DNA of 64,000 nt from Hydrolagus affinis. Taxonomy: Eukaryota. The stretch covers positions 1 through 64,000 of the forward strand of contig JAAILG010000791.1 in assembly GCA_012026655.1 (NCBI GenBank), written 5' to 3'. The notes under the pieces are model-generated. The model did not search any database. It was not told the DNA's origin and saw nothing but the letters and a program-made list of their open reading frames with translations. A program made the position numbers and the translations under genes. Within the stretch, counting starts at the first letter, position 1, and the number at the start of each line of letters is the position of its first letter. This document shows, piece after piece, positions 1 through 11,217 of the stretch.

Positions 1-147
1 AAAGGTACAGCTGGGTGTCATCCGCATACATGTGGAAGTTTACCCCGTGTTTGCGGATGACATCGCCCAGAGGGAGCGTGTAAAGGGTGAAAAGAAGGGG
101 GCCGAGGACAGAGCCCTGAGGGACGCCGTGGGAAACTGTGCGGGGGT
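1..147 (-). mobile_element. L2-clade LINE ORF2 reverse-transcriptase fragment, 5'-truncated, continues off the window edge
   Basis: Minus strand translates [48 protein letters not shown], containing the RT motifs GVPQGS and YADD with no stops. Confidence 0.92.
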
Positions 148-559
148 AGTCTTGATTTAGAGTTGAAATCTGTGGAGAGTGCCACAACATAGTTTAGCTG
201 ATAGCTAAACATCTTCTGAACATCTTCACAAGGCTCTGCTGTGTATGCTAGAACTGAAAGTCTTGCCAGAAGAGTACATTCTTCCTTAACAGCAGAAATA
301 GCAGCTCTGGGTCTCTGGAGTGGATCAGCCTCTGATTCCATCAAGTCAGTGACCCTTGATATGATTCATTTAGTCAGTTTCATTCTGTTCTGCTCAGTGG
401 CGTTTGAGGAAGGAATTTGATATTGTCTTCATCCATCTTTCCCCACACTAAATGTGCTCTGTTCCATGAGCAATAGAGCACTGTTATTCTTGGGAAGATT
501 GGAGGAGTCCATTGCTCATTTTCCCTTCAATTAGACTGGGGCAGGAGAAGAGAAGAACA

Positions 560-620
560 AAACAACAACAAGTTGCACTTATATAGCACCCTCAATGCAG
601 AGTAGCGTCTAAGAGTGCTT
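560..620 (-). mobile_element. L2-type 3' tail fragment
   Basis: (aac)n followed by ttgcacttatatagcacc, the reverse complement of the gcgctatataaatgcaa(gtt)n tail seen repeatedly in this window. Confidence 0.55.
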
Positions 621-1951
621 AGAGCCTCTGCGAAGATGAAAGTTTTCAATGGGGAATAAACTTAAAATTTGGGGCAGAGGAGTACCTGGATAAATAATGA
701 ATGGAACTAGAATTTACATTTGAACTTTGTTCAAGCACTATGAGACGCTACCCCATATGAAGGGTATAAATTCAGGTTGTTGTTATAAGTGTTGAGCAAA
801 TATATTTAGGCACATCTTGTAATGTTCAGACAGAACAGTGAATCAAATAACTAAATGGTGGAAAGGTCTGTTCAGTTATCCCTTTAATGACACCCGAGAC
901 AGCAGTTTCTCATGCAAGAGTTCAGTACAAAATATGGGGAAGCATTTCACCTGGGTCCAGATTGACTTTTTTTTAAGTTGTTTTTGTTTTTAAGAACAGA
1001 GCATCCAGAACTTGGGAAATTGTCGAATTCAGTCTTAACTTTCAAGTCTGATTTCTGTATTTCTTAAAATGTCTTACAGCAAACCCTCTTTAACATTAAG
1101 GCTGTATTCAAGAGTTTGTCAGATTCCAAACCTTCTGAAACATTCCATAAGTAGAGAAACAAGACTTGGGTGGAATTTCCTAGAGGGGCAAACAGGAATG
1201 ATTCATCAAAAAAACTATATCCAAGAGAAGTCTGAGGTCATTGTCTACTGGCTATTGAAATTAAACCGATGAAACTAATTTTGGTTGAGATGAGCAGCTG
1301 TCAATAAGCAGGCATGTATTTCCATCTGTGTCAGGTGTCAGACTATTCCAGCACCACTGTGTCAATAGCTGTTCCCTCGTGCCAGTTATCACACATGTAA
1401 TGCACTTTAGGAGACGAGAAATCAATGTCGGTTCTAAAAGGTAAGTGCAAATTTGGTGTGATGCAGATTCAAAACCCCAGCAGTGATTCAAAGACTTCCT
1501 CAATCTGGCACAGTGAAGCAGGAAGTGACATCAGAGGGAGCCAAATGATCTAGAAATCAGCCATTGTTTTAAAGTTAAACACCGGCTGGCCAGACTAATG
1601 AAGGAAGACCCAGTTCAGTGAACAAGAGATTCCGATTAAGTTTAATTTCAATCTCACAGTGCAATCATATGCTGGCATTTTTCAGCACCTAAATTTTTGG
1701 GTAAATGCCGATACCAGCATTGTAATTTAATGAATAAGCTATCTTCTACTTGCGGGATTCAAATGGAGTCAAGATCGATACCTGGTCAATGTGAAGTCCA
1801 GCTAGGTACAAATACCAGATATCCGGAGTCCGGTGAGTCAGGGTTTTACTGGAATAAATGATAATGCTTGCATTTGGAATAGTGCCTTTCACGTCCGCAG
1901 GACATTCAAAAGCACTCTGCAATGACTGTGTTTTGTGTGCAAACATGGATC

Positions 1952-1998
1952 ATTTGTGTGCAATTGCCCTGCTGAAAGCAGGGCAATTGCACACAAAT
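1952..1998. repeat. Perfect 22-bp inverted repeat with 3-nt loop
   Basis: ATTTGTGTGCAATTGCCCTGCT-gaa-AGCAGGGCAATTGCACACAAAT. Confidence 0.95.
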
Positions 1999-3894
1999 AT
2001 ACACACAATATACACACTCACTGAATGGAATCTACGGTGCAACTATGTTCTCAGCAAGTTTGGCTATAATGAAAGTGCCATATAGTTTGGCTGAACTTCA
2101 GTAAATGTACATCATCAGCACAGACTATAGGGGATGTAGGTCTTTGCTACAATTTTTTTTTAACCCCTCATCAAATTAGACATTTAAACCTTTTTTTTCA
2201 TATTTATGAACAATTGAACAATTGAATCAGTTTTCATGTACATAAAAAACAGTGATGTCTGCAGTTGCTCTATCAAACTAATATATGCAGAAACAAAACC
2301 ATACAATGGAACAAATGACTGAGGTTAAGACAAATATTCTCCCAATTTCACAGGACAAATAAGCAGTGCACTGATTTGAAGCAGATATTCTTTCACACTG
2401 ACTTAACAGGTTAGGAAAATTCTGCGTTTGGAACAAATCTTTCCGCAAACTCCTGAAAGCATCTTGTGCAGATGTAACAAACAAATCTAACCGAAGGCTT
2501 CATTCTCCGCTCTCTGCATTCAGGACCAACACAACCATTTCCTGCTCATTAGCTAATCGCCTCACAGTATTTCCATCGCACAAGGCTGCACTTCCGTGAC
2601 TGACAATCATGCAGCTCCATTTTCGGCCACACTGGGAATTTATCTAAGCAGTGTCCACATCAGACCGAATGAAGTCCTTCCATGCATCTCGTGTCTGGTC
2701 TGCTCTGCCTCCCTTTTGTTTGCCTGTCACCATTGAGCCCTGACTCTGGATACTGCGCATTGAATAAATTTGTGTCCCGCAAATGAGTAAATGGAAGCTT
2801 TGGAGTGAGAGTACAAACAAGATCCAGAGGCAGCAGCACCTATATCTTGGCAGGCTTCCACATGCACTGCCCTTTGGCAGATTCTGTCTGACAGCCAGTG
2901 CTCTGATTGATAAGAAGCAACTTTCCAATGCAGCACTTAAAATGAACAGGCTATTTGTGAGAGTATTTCGTGAAAAACAAAAAGACAGCTTGCATTTCAT
3001 TCTGAATAGGCCTGAACGGAAGAAGGTTTAAAAGCATTTATTTCCAGGATTCCTCACTGATCTCTAAATGTTATGTTGCAGTCAATACTTCCTCGGGATT
3101 TCTTTCCCTCTTTTACTGCACAGTGATTATATACCAAAATATATATATCTAATTAAGTCTGTGGAGTGAAATTCCCCGAAGGTTCTAGACCCAGAATCTC
3201 TGTGCATTTCTCAGATGGTGCCTGCCAACCCACACACTGCAGCCACAACACTAATATTGTAGCAACATTTCTGACCCGAGTGAACACACACTTTTACTAC
3301 CGATATAAATGTGCTGTTTGACTTGATAATGCTAATGGCAGCAGTAGCTGATTTTAACTTGGCAATCACATAACAGGTCTGAATTTCTTCACAGCTAACA
3401 TTTTTAAGGCAGATGTTGACAACTGAAAACAATGTTCGGTGAAACTCAGGGAAATGAAGTGCAAGGTGGCGAGGGCAGCTGTACAATCCCTAAATGAGTC
3501 AGCTTAGTAACTAACTTCATTATAAATGAGCTACTATAGATTGCTCCTTTTTAAAAAAAAAATGTTCCCACCTGAAATTTCAGGTTTGCAAACTTCCGGG
3601 TGCAGATAAGATGCTGTCTCTGCAAGACATACCAGGGTAACAGAATGAAACAACACTGCAATCCTTTCCATGTTACTTTATGGAGAGGTTTATATTTACA
3701 GTACAGTCAAAAGCTTTAGCTGTTGAAATGAACACGGACAAGTATTTAAGTGAACTGACTCATTCATTACTGCCATTGCTGCCATCAATAGCATTGGATG
3801 ACCCTTAACCGCTCATCGTGCCCATCTTTTAGCCCACCAATGTTCCTTTCACTGAATCTCCTTCATTGTCCTTCATGTCAAAGTCACCCCCCCA

Positions 3895-4343
3895 CCAACC
3901 GGTTAAGGCTGAAAGGCAGAAAGTGAGGACCCTATCAAGGTTCTAGGAAGAGGGGGAAGGGGTAAAGGCAGAGGTGTGGGAATTGGGACGGACACAGTCT
4001 AGGGCACCGTTTACCACAGCAGATGGGAACTCTCCATTGAGGAAAAAAGAGGACATTTGGGATGCTCTGGTGTGAAAAGTGGCATCATCAGAACAGATGC
4101 GGTGGAGGCGGAGGCGGAGGAACTGGGAAACGGTAATGAGGTCTTTGCAGGAGTTGGGGTGGGAGGAGCTGTACTGCAAATAGCTGTGGGAGTTAGTGAG
4201 CTTGTAAAATATATCTGCTGATAATCTGTGGTCTGAGATGCAAATGGTGGAGTCGAGGAAGGGAAGAGTCAGAGATGATCCATGTGAATTTTATGGAGGT
4301 GAAAGGTGGAAGTGAAATTGATAAATTGTTCCAATTCGCTCCG
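3895..4343 (-). mobile_element. Penelope-like retroelement RT/thumb fragment, frameshifted
   Basis: Minus frames give ELEQFINFTSTFH / IKFTWIISDSSLP / YSSSHPNSCKD..SQFLRLR..RICSDDATFHTRASQMSSFFLN.EFPSAVVNGAL, matching the PLE motif Y.SSHP..CK..IP.SQFLRLRRICS. Confidence 0.88.
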
Positions 4344-5039
4344 CACCCCCCAGTCAAAGGGCTTAGGGTGTGGAACAAAGCAACACATATTCTTAACAAA
4401 ACACTCATCTTTGATGTTAGGTTTTGTGAACACGCCTTCCACTTTGTAACTCACTGGTGATTGCAGATGCATTAAAACAAAGTGCCGAGAGGTGGAGGAA
4501 AGGTATGGATAAGTACAGTCGATTGTACCCTGCGTTGCTACGATGACATTCTTTCTGGAAATGGATCTTCCAAGTACTGTATACCCCTGCCTCAAAACAT
4601 TGTCAAAACATCAACAAGGCGAGGCTTATTTCAATACTGTGCTGCTCTAAGCATTCTGCTTCAATAAGTTTTCCATAGCCTTGGCATTTATACTTATTAA
4701 GCTTCTTCAGACCAGCAGTGCAATGCACATTATGCCACCCAATATCAACTTTTAGTTTTAGGTTCTTTGATGCTCTGAATCACTGTTAATGGAGGTTTTG
4801 TGATAGAATTCTGTCCTTTACCTGATTTCTATTCATCAATTTACCACATTTCATTCATGACAGGTCAGATATTACTACAGTATGCATCTCATTTACACAC
4901 ACGCGCACACATACACTCACACAAATATAAATCATTTTGGAGCCTTATTTTATTTTAGAAAGCACACATTTATAGCATCCCTTTTTTCTTTTCAAAATAT
5001 ATTGCCCCCATTCATTTCTGCATCAAGAATCGTAAGACT

Positions 5040-5410
5040 CCCCTGTTTCCAAATCAAAAGCTTCTTTTGATTTGATCTGCATTTCGTTATCCAAAACATG
5101 CAATGCAAATACGCCCCAGATCATGAATATTTAATTGTACCCAGTCTGCGTGTGGATCTGTTTTAGACCCTATTAGACATAATTAGACATCACACGGCAG
5201 ACACAGAAAGCTGCTTCAAAATGTAACAAATCGGGCTGGTTCAGACATCTCACCGTGAAAACATCACAACAGTGGTGGCTTTGCAGATCGCTGGCAAGCA
5301 CTCCAAAACTCATTTCTCCCTATTAGACTTGAACAATTATTTCCAACTTGTTGCTGAAGCTGATGAATATACATTTTGCTCATTTGAAATGATGGGGAAG
5401 GAGAAGCAAA
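5040..5410. promoter_or_regulatory. Candidate conserved non-coding element / enhancer-like block
   Basis: TE-free with retained CpGs; octamer ATGCAAAT (5103-5110), several TAAT homeodomain cores, and an 11-bp perfect inverted repeat (5050-5074). Conservation not tested. Confidence 0.3.
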
Positions 5411-5552
5411 TATAATAGAGAAAACAGACATTTATTTTTTTAATTAAAATTCACTCACACAAACTCCAATTTCTTCTGTCTTCGGCTCTGAACAACTTAT
5501 CGAACTGCCCTGTTCTAAATGGCTACAGAGACAAGGTTGACTGCTCATGCCA

Positions 5553-5775
5553 TTACATAGAATGATACAGTGCTGAATAGGCCATTGGGCCCAACACCAG
5601 TGTTTCTAATACACATGAGTCTCCACCCCTCCTATTCCCCTCTCTTCCCTTTTCCCTCATGAATGCATCAAGTTTCCTATTAAATATATTGATGCTTTTT
5701 TGCTTCAACCCTCACTTCTGGCAGTGAGTTCTACATTCTTGCTACCCTCCGCATGAAGAAATTCCTAAACTGGAT
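5553..5775 (-). mobile_element. CR1-clade LINE 3' end, old
   Basis: catagaatgatacagtgctgaataggccattgggccc ... ctggcagtgagttctacattcttgctaccctccgcatgaagaaa resembles the reverse complement of the CR1 ORF2 end plus 3' UTR. Confidence 0.65.
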
Positions 5776-6088
5776 CTACTTATAGATAGGTACTGATAGG
5801 TAAGATTGGTGATAAACATGCCAAATTCATTTCTGTCCAGTAGATTTCAATAACGAATTCCAGCTTGTTGCTGAACTCTGTTATGACAGAATACTTGGTA
5901 TCATGGAAAGAAAAGCTGCTTCGGGCTGTGTACCATGCTGAAAATTTCCATTGACCTCATTGTCAGCTGCCCTTGGATCAGTGCTGAGCTCTATACCGCA
6001 TTGATAACCTTGTGAAGGCGCACAGAGGGCACTGCAGGAGATCACAAGTCAACAGGACAGTCCACAGATGAGAACCATCCACATATAT

Positions 6089-6267
6089 ATTGATCATTGA
6101 ATCCACGACTGTTTGTGGGACACTGCAGTACACAATTAACTGCTGCTTTTCGACCCAAAAATATACAGTCCATTCACTTTACAATCAGTATATTCTATGA
6201 AGCGATTTGAGATGTCCCAAAGATGTGATAAGGCACAATATCAAATGCAAGGATTATTATTACTATT
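6089..6267 (+). mobile_element. Young SINE, 3' half
   Basis: aatccacgactgtttgtgggacactgc...ttcactttaca...atcaaatgcaaggattattatt matches the full-length copy at 20286. Confidence 0.9.
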
Positions 6268-6600
6268 AACCAAGGCTTCATTCAGCTTCATCCACTGGCA
6301 TTTGTTGAAGCAATAGAAAACCCTCCCCACCCACTTCCATTTGCTTGCTCGGGAGGCAAGACTCCTGTAAAGTCCTGTTGATCATGGTTAGAGCACTCGC
6401 TTTGTAAGTGAGAGACCTGGGTTCAATCCCAGGCAGGGCAAAAATTTATAATAATAGGTTTCCTTATTCCACACACCTAATAATAATCTTTCCAACAAAA
6501 AGATTGATCATCTCAATCCACAACTGTTTGTGGGGCACTGCTGTGCACAATTGGCTGCTGCTTTTGCCCACAAAATGTACAGTCAATTCACTTTACAGTA

Positions 6601-7227
6601 CAGGTACCCCGCCCCCAAACCGCGTTTTTTTCTACTGCAAATTTCACTTATCCACAGTTGTCTCGCTGCGACAACCCTTGCCAACCATGGCAATGGGTTT
6701 TGCGTATCCACAGGTTTTAACACTAACACTAGCGTTTGGTGCTAGGACTCAGTTGCATCAACCAGCCACGATGTCGCTTTGCGCTAGCATTTGGCGCGAG
6801 TACCCAGTTGCGATGTCGCAATCAATCAGCCACGATGTCGCTTCTCCACATCCACCCTCCTCAGTGTCACCCACCACACCACCTTCTTCACATCCATCCC
6901 GCTCAGTGTCACCCACTACACCATCTTTTCCACATCCACCCCCTTCGGTGTCACCACCACACCACCTTCTCCTCATCCACCCCCCTCACACTCATCAGTG
7001 ATTTATGATCTGGAGGAGGAGGCAGAGGAAGAGGGTGCGCAGGGCCTCACTTTCATGTAACAGCACGTAACAACCACCATCATCATCATCATTAGGATTT
7101 AGGTAAATAACATGAATTTTTTTGTGTTTAGTTCAAGGACAAGCAAGCTTACTCCCCCTATCCCCATGTTTCCCATAGGGTCCTGCAGTTTCCAACCGTG
7201 GTCCCCCACAGTTGGGGAGAGTACCTG
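6601..7227 (+). mobile_element. Non-autonomous Tigger/pogo-type DNA transposon (627 bp)
   Basis: Ends are TA|CAGGTACCCCGCCCCCAAACCGCG and CACAGTTGGGGAGAGTACCTG|TA: imperfect TIRs with a TA target duplication, sitting at a TA of the host SINE. Confidence 0.8.
6841..6988 (+). repeat. ~42-bp minisatellite, ~3.5 copies, inside the Tigger-like element
   Basis: Unit is approximately cttctccacatccaccctcctcagtgtcacccaccacaccac. Confidence 0.85.
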
Positions 7228-7637
7228 TATATTCTTGTATATTCTGTGAAGCACTTTGAGATGTCTGGAAGATATGAAAAACACAATGTCAAATGCAAGA
7301 ATTATTATTATAAGATCCAAGATACAATGATTGCTGAATCACTGTGGTCATTAAGTCTTCAAAATGGGATTTCCCATAATAAAGACTGGTTGAAGAGATC
7401 ACTACTTTCAGCATGAAGCTTAAAATAGGTCTCTTGTTAATTATTTATGCTCCTTGTGCACTTCTGAAAACACGGCGCTTCCTTCTGCTGCTGTCCAGAG
7501 TGAATACCATCAGTGCTGGGCCTAAAAGCCAAACACATGGACTGTTTGATGCAGATAGACCTCTGCATACATACTGCATTTACTGTATATGTATATAAAT
7601 ATAGAGAGTATTTATGTACACATTTAATCAATATTGG

Positions 7638-7712
7638 TAATACTTGCACTTGATATGGCGCTTTGTCACATCTTCGAGACATCTCAAAGCACTTCACAAA
7701 TATACTGTAAAA
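7638..7712 (-). mobile_element. SINE tail fragment
   Basis: taatacttgcacttgatatggcgctt...tctcaaagcacttcacaaatatactgtaaa. Confidence 0.8.
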
Positions 7713-9849
7713 TCAAACCAGAAAGATACATTTTATGGAAACTACAATCGAGTGGTACAGAAAATGATTGTCACGTTTGTTTTTACCCGATTAGATGCTT
7801 CAAATGAAACGTTACCTGATAAAGTAATTCCGTGGCATGTTTAATGTTGAGAATTTCTCGGAGGCAATGCATTTCCCCAAAAACAAAAAAACTTGGAACC
7901 AGACAGGAAGCTTCTTTTATCAGGCTGAACCATTGATTTTCAGCCCCAAAATGGTGTCACTTCCAATTAAACAACTGCATACATTACTCTATGCCTTAAG
8001 TATATGCGCATCCAAAGAATGAAGGCAGTCGTTTGTGCAGTGGAATATTTCAGAAGCATATTCATTTTGTTTACATAAGTATGAAGTGAAAACACTTTGC
8101 ATTCACACCGCCCTCGTGAAGTGTCGTGGCAGCAGAAGGAGCAGTGGCCTGCACCCACTAAATCCAGTGGAAATCTTATTATAGACAAACAGGCAAAGGT
8201 TCAGAGGGTTAGAGGAATCATTCTTTATCCTCCACCACCCATCTTCTCAGCCAGTTACAATTTAGAAGATTCCACAAATGTAACCATTATTAATTTCCTG
8301 AAGGAGCAGTCTTGCTGCTGCAAAGCCCTGGAGTATGACAAACATGGACTGCCATCTGTTATTTTCTTCCAAAAGCAGTGGCTTCCCACTGCTGAATTGT
8401 TGATATTGCCCAGGTGATGGCAGCTGCCACAGTACAAACTGGCAGCCAGCCCCTATCAATGCTTTCCATCCTACCCCCTGCATAATGAATGGATTGCTAA
8501 GAACTCCGTTGCAGCGCTTAACATATTACAGTCCAATAAGCTTTTCATGAAATTATAGTAAATGAAAGTAAGTGTCAGCGAGTCTCCTTGGGGAGAGTGT
8601 TCACACTGCTGCTGAAATACTCATTTTCCTGAACCATCTGTCAGGAGTACCTCAGCCGAGGGTGTTTGTCAACCCTCACCTGGTCTAGAAATGGTATGGA
8701 AAGCAAACCCCAACATGCAGTGCAAAATTTAATCCATTCTAAATACTGTAGTTATTTATCACAAATGAATCTTGGGGTTTGTCAGGCGTTGGATACGCTA
8801 GTTGTAATATCTGATACATCATCAATTACAGGCTGATGGTGTTAGCGTTTCATTGTAATATTTACCTCCTAATTTTGCATAACTTGCTGCAGAAAGTGAG
8901 GACTTAATTAAATATAAGTAAATTTACGCAACGGTTTTCGCATTTAATGATAAGCAAAAACTAATTAATCTTAGATATGAATGAATATACTTAAACCTGC
9001 TCACAGTACTCAAAAGCCTTTGGCAATGGCAGCAGCAATTTCGCATATCATAAAATGAGCAAAGGTTTTATTTGACTTTTTTTAAAAAAAACGTGAATGA
9101 CAATGAAATGTTATTTGGTTGTGTATTTGAAAGCCTTCGGGGCCAACTTCCCTGGAGATTTAATTTCTCTTCAGAATTGTGGGTTAAAAGTTTCATTATT
9201 GCTTTTCTTTGTAACATGTATTTTGAAATGTGCCTGCTTTGCAATAGGAGGCAGGGCTGTAATTCTTAAGGCCTGAGTCTAGCACACTTAACATAATGAA
9301 ACCTCATTGTGTTTTTCACCCCAGTGTTATGTTGCACTTTAGGATAGCCTTGGTTGTTGTGAAATCTCAAATACTCCAGTATCTTGTGTAAAATTAATCT
9401 TTTGTTTAGGTTAATACCAGCAGAATGGGTCCATTTGTTTCTGCGGCACATCCATCACGGACCAGTTAATGGTTTTTAACACTGTGGTCAAGATGACAAA
9501 AATACACAATGTTGTTGAGAAGTTCAGATCATTGTGAAATGTATTTGATGAAGGTTGGAACCTTGAGTGCACATTCTTCAGATACAGGGAGATGAGAGCT
9601 ATGTCAAGTTAGTTAATCCCACACAGAACGGGGTTTAGCTGAGGAAGAGACAGGTCATTTCTCTGCAAATCGATCACAAGGACAGCTTCCCCTAATTCCC
9701 GGTGCGATGAAATGGATTGTGTAAGAACCGTGTACTGAAAAGCCTGAAAATCTCACATCTTGCAAATCTCGAAAGATATAGTGGGGATCTATGTACACAT
9801 TTTAACTGCAAAGGGAACAGGTCGAGAAATGCAAAGGCATTGTGGAATC

Positions 9850-10060
9850 AAATAGATTAATGATTATAGGGCTGAGTGAAATGAAATGGGCCCATGTTTA
9901 TAAAGGAGGATATTGATCGACTGAAAATTGCGCTAAAAGCTTAAGGAGGCTTTCAGTTTGTCTCAGTCGCGGAACTTTCATTAAGGAGAAGGTTAATGTG
10001 AAACACTTTACTTTCACCAGTGTCACTTTGTGACAGGCTCTTTCATTGTATAGAAATCTT
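9850..10060. promoter_or_regulatory. Candidate conserved non-coding element
   Basis: TE-free with retained CpGs, multiple TAAT/ATTA sites, TGACAG (TALE/Meis-type) and CATTGT (Sox-type). Conservation not tested. Confidence 0.25.
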
Positions 10061-10136
10061 CAGTTGAAGGAGACCCCCACAGAAAAGATACACGTATACA
10101 TGACCATAGCTACATGGTCAAATAATACCTTGACAT

Positions 10137-10252
10137 ATTTAACATCCACCTGAACAGGGACAGATGGAATCGGAGTTTAATGTCTCATCTGAAGAACAGT
10201 ATCTCCAATAATGCAGCACTCCTCGAACACTGCAGTGAAAGTGTCAATCTCT
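10137..10252 (-). mobile_element. Old DeuSINE central-domain fragment
   Basis: Reverse complement resembles gacact..cagtgcagt..gaggagtgctgcatt..ggag....tt cagatgagacattaaa...caggtggatgttaaa, also seen in the copy at 42497. Confidence 0.7.
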
Positions 10253-10334
10253 TTTGGGAGCTAAAAGTCATTCATTTAGAGAAGCCACTTTGGGAGGATG
10301 CTAATGCCAGACATAGCACTATTTGAAAAAAAAT

Positions 10335-10505
10335 CAGTTATTCATTTTCATGGCTGTTAGTGGAACATTGCTGTGTGCAATTATGCTCCTGTATTTGCCT
10401 ACACTACACAGTTATTCCATTTCACAGGAAATCCAGTGTAGTGCTTTGAGATGTCCTTTTGATGTGATCAGCAGCTACACCAAATGCAAGAATTATATAT
10501 ATTAT
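10335..10505 (+). mobile_element. Old DeuSINE 3' portion
   Basis: gctgttagtggaacattgctgtgtgcaatt...gtgctttgagatgtcc...aaatgcaagaattat. Confidence 0.7.
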
Positions 10506-10867
10506 CGTTACAACCTTTTCTTGTTTGCAGCTCTCCACCAAATTATATCAGCATCAAAGAAACAGTGGGGTGGAATAAAGCTGAGATTAAATATATATCA
10601 TCAGTGGTTCAACAGCAGGGGGAGCAGTAAACATTTGGCAATTAAATAGGGTTGCATTTACCATCTTAAAATTTCAGACAATCATTTCAAAAAAGGACCT
10701 GGTATTTACCAACTGCCAAAAAATTGTTCCTATTAATGTAGTATTCAAAATTAACTTTACACTCCCAATCATTGAGATTTACAAGGATAATTTACATTTG
10801 CATCAGTTATCACTAATAAAATGCTCCAAAGCTTTAATTCAATGTGCAACGGCCTCAGGATAAGCAG

Positions 10868-10967
10868 NNNNNNNNNNNNNNNNNNNNNNNNNNNNNNNNN
10901 NNNNNNNNNNNNNNNNNNNNNNNNNNNNNNNNNNNNNNNNNNNNNNNNNNNNNNNNNNNNNNNNNNN
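10868..10967. other. Assembly gap (100 N)
   Basis: Run of N. Confidence 1.
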
Positions 10968-11217
10968 TTGACTGTATATATTTGTGGGCGAATTGCGGCA
11001 GCCAATTGCGCACAGCAGTGTCCCACACACAGTCGTGGATTGAAATGACCAATTTTATTATTGTGGTTTTTTTGGAGGGATTATTATTAGGCATGTGGAG
11101 TAAGGAAACTTGCCCAAGGTTTCGCCCTGACCTGCCTGTATTCGAACACAGGTCTCCCCAGCTTGGTCTCCCCAGCTTGCAAGACAAGTGCTCCAACCAC
11201 TAAGCCACAGGAGCTCC
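10968..11217 (-). mobile_element. Young SINE, tail lost in the gap; 14-bp tandem duplication in the head (11151-11178)
   Basis: Reverse complement of the 20286 family; ggtctccccagctt occurs twice. Confidence 0.9.

Larger units (their letters stand above)
6371..7311 (+). mobile_element. Young tRNA-headed SINE split in two (6371-6600 and 7228-7311) by a DNA transposon
   Basis: Head tggttagagcactcgc...gggttcaatcc and body stop at ctttacagTA; the element resumes as TAtattct...gtgaagcactttgag...aaatgcaagaattattatt. Confidence 0.9.

Noticed and set aside
18-344. 108-aa ORF as a gene
   Set aside because: It crosses the L2 junction and reads the L2 part out of the RT frame.
1335-1446. Plus-strand exon ending AAG|gtaagt (also 26711-26748)
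   Set aside because: Good donors but weak or ambiguous acceptors and unrecognisable peptides.
6408-7001. Longest ORF (197 aa, Pro/Ser-rich)
   Set aside because: A chimera of SINE, Tigger-like element and minisatellite; not a gene.
10769-11203. ORFs spanning N runs (also 41655-41990)
   Set aside because: Artefacts of assembly gaps plus SINE or low-complexity sequence.
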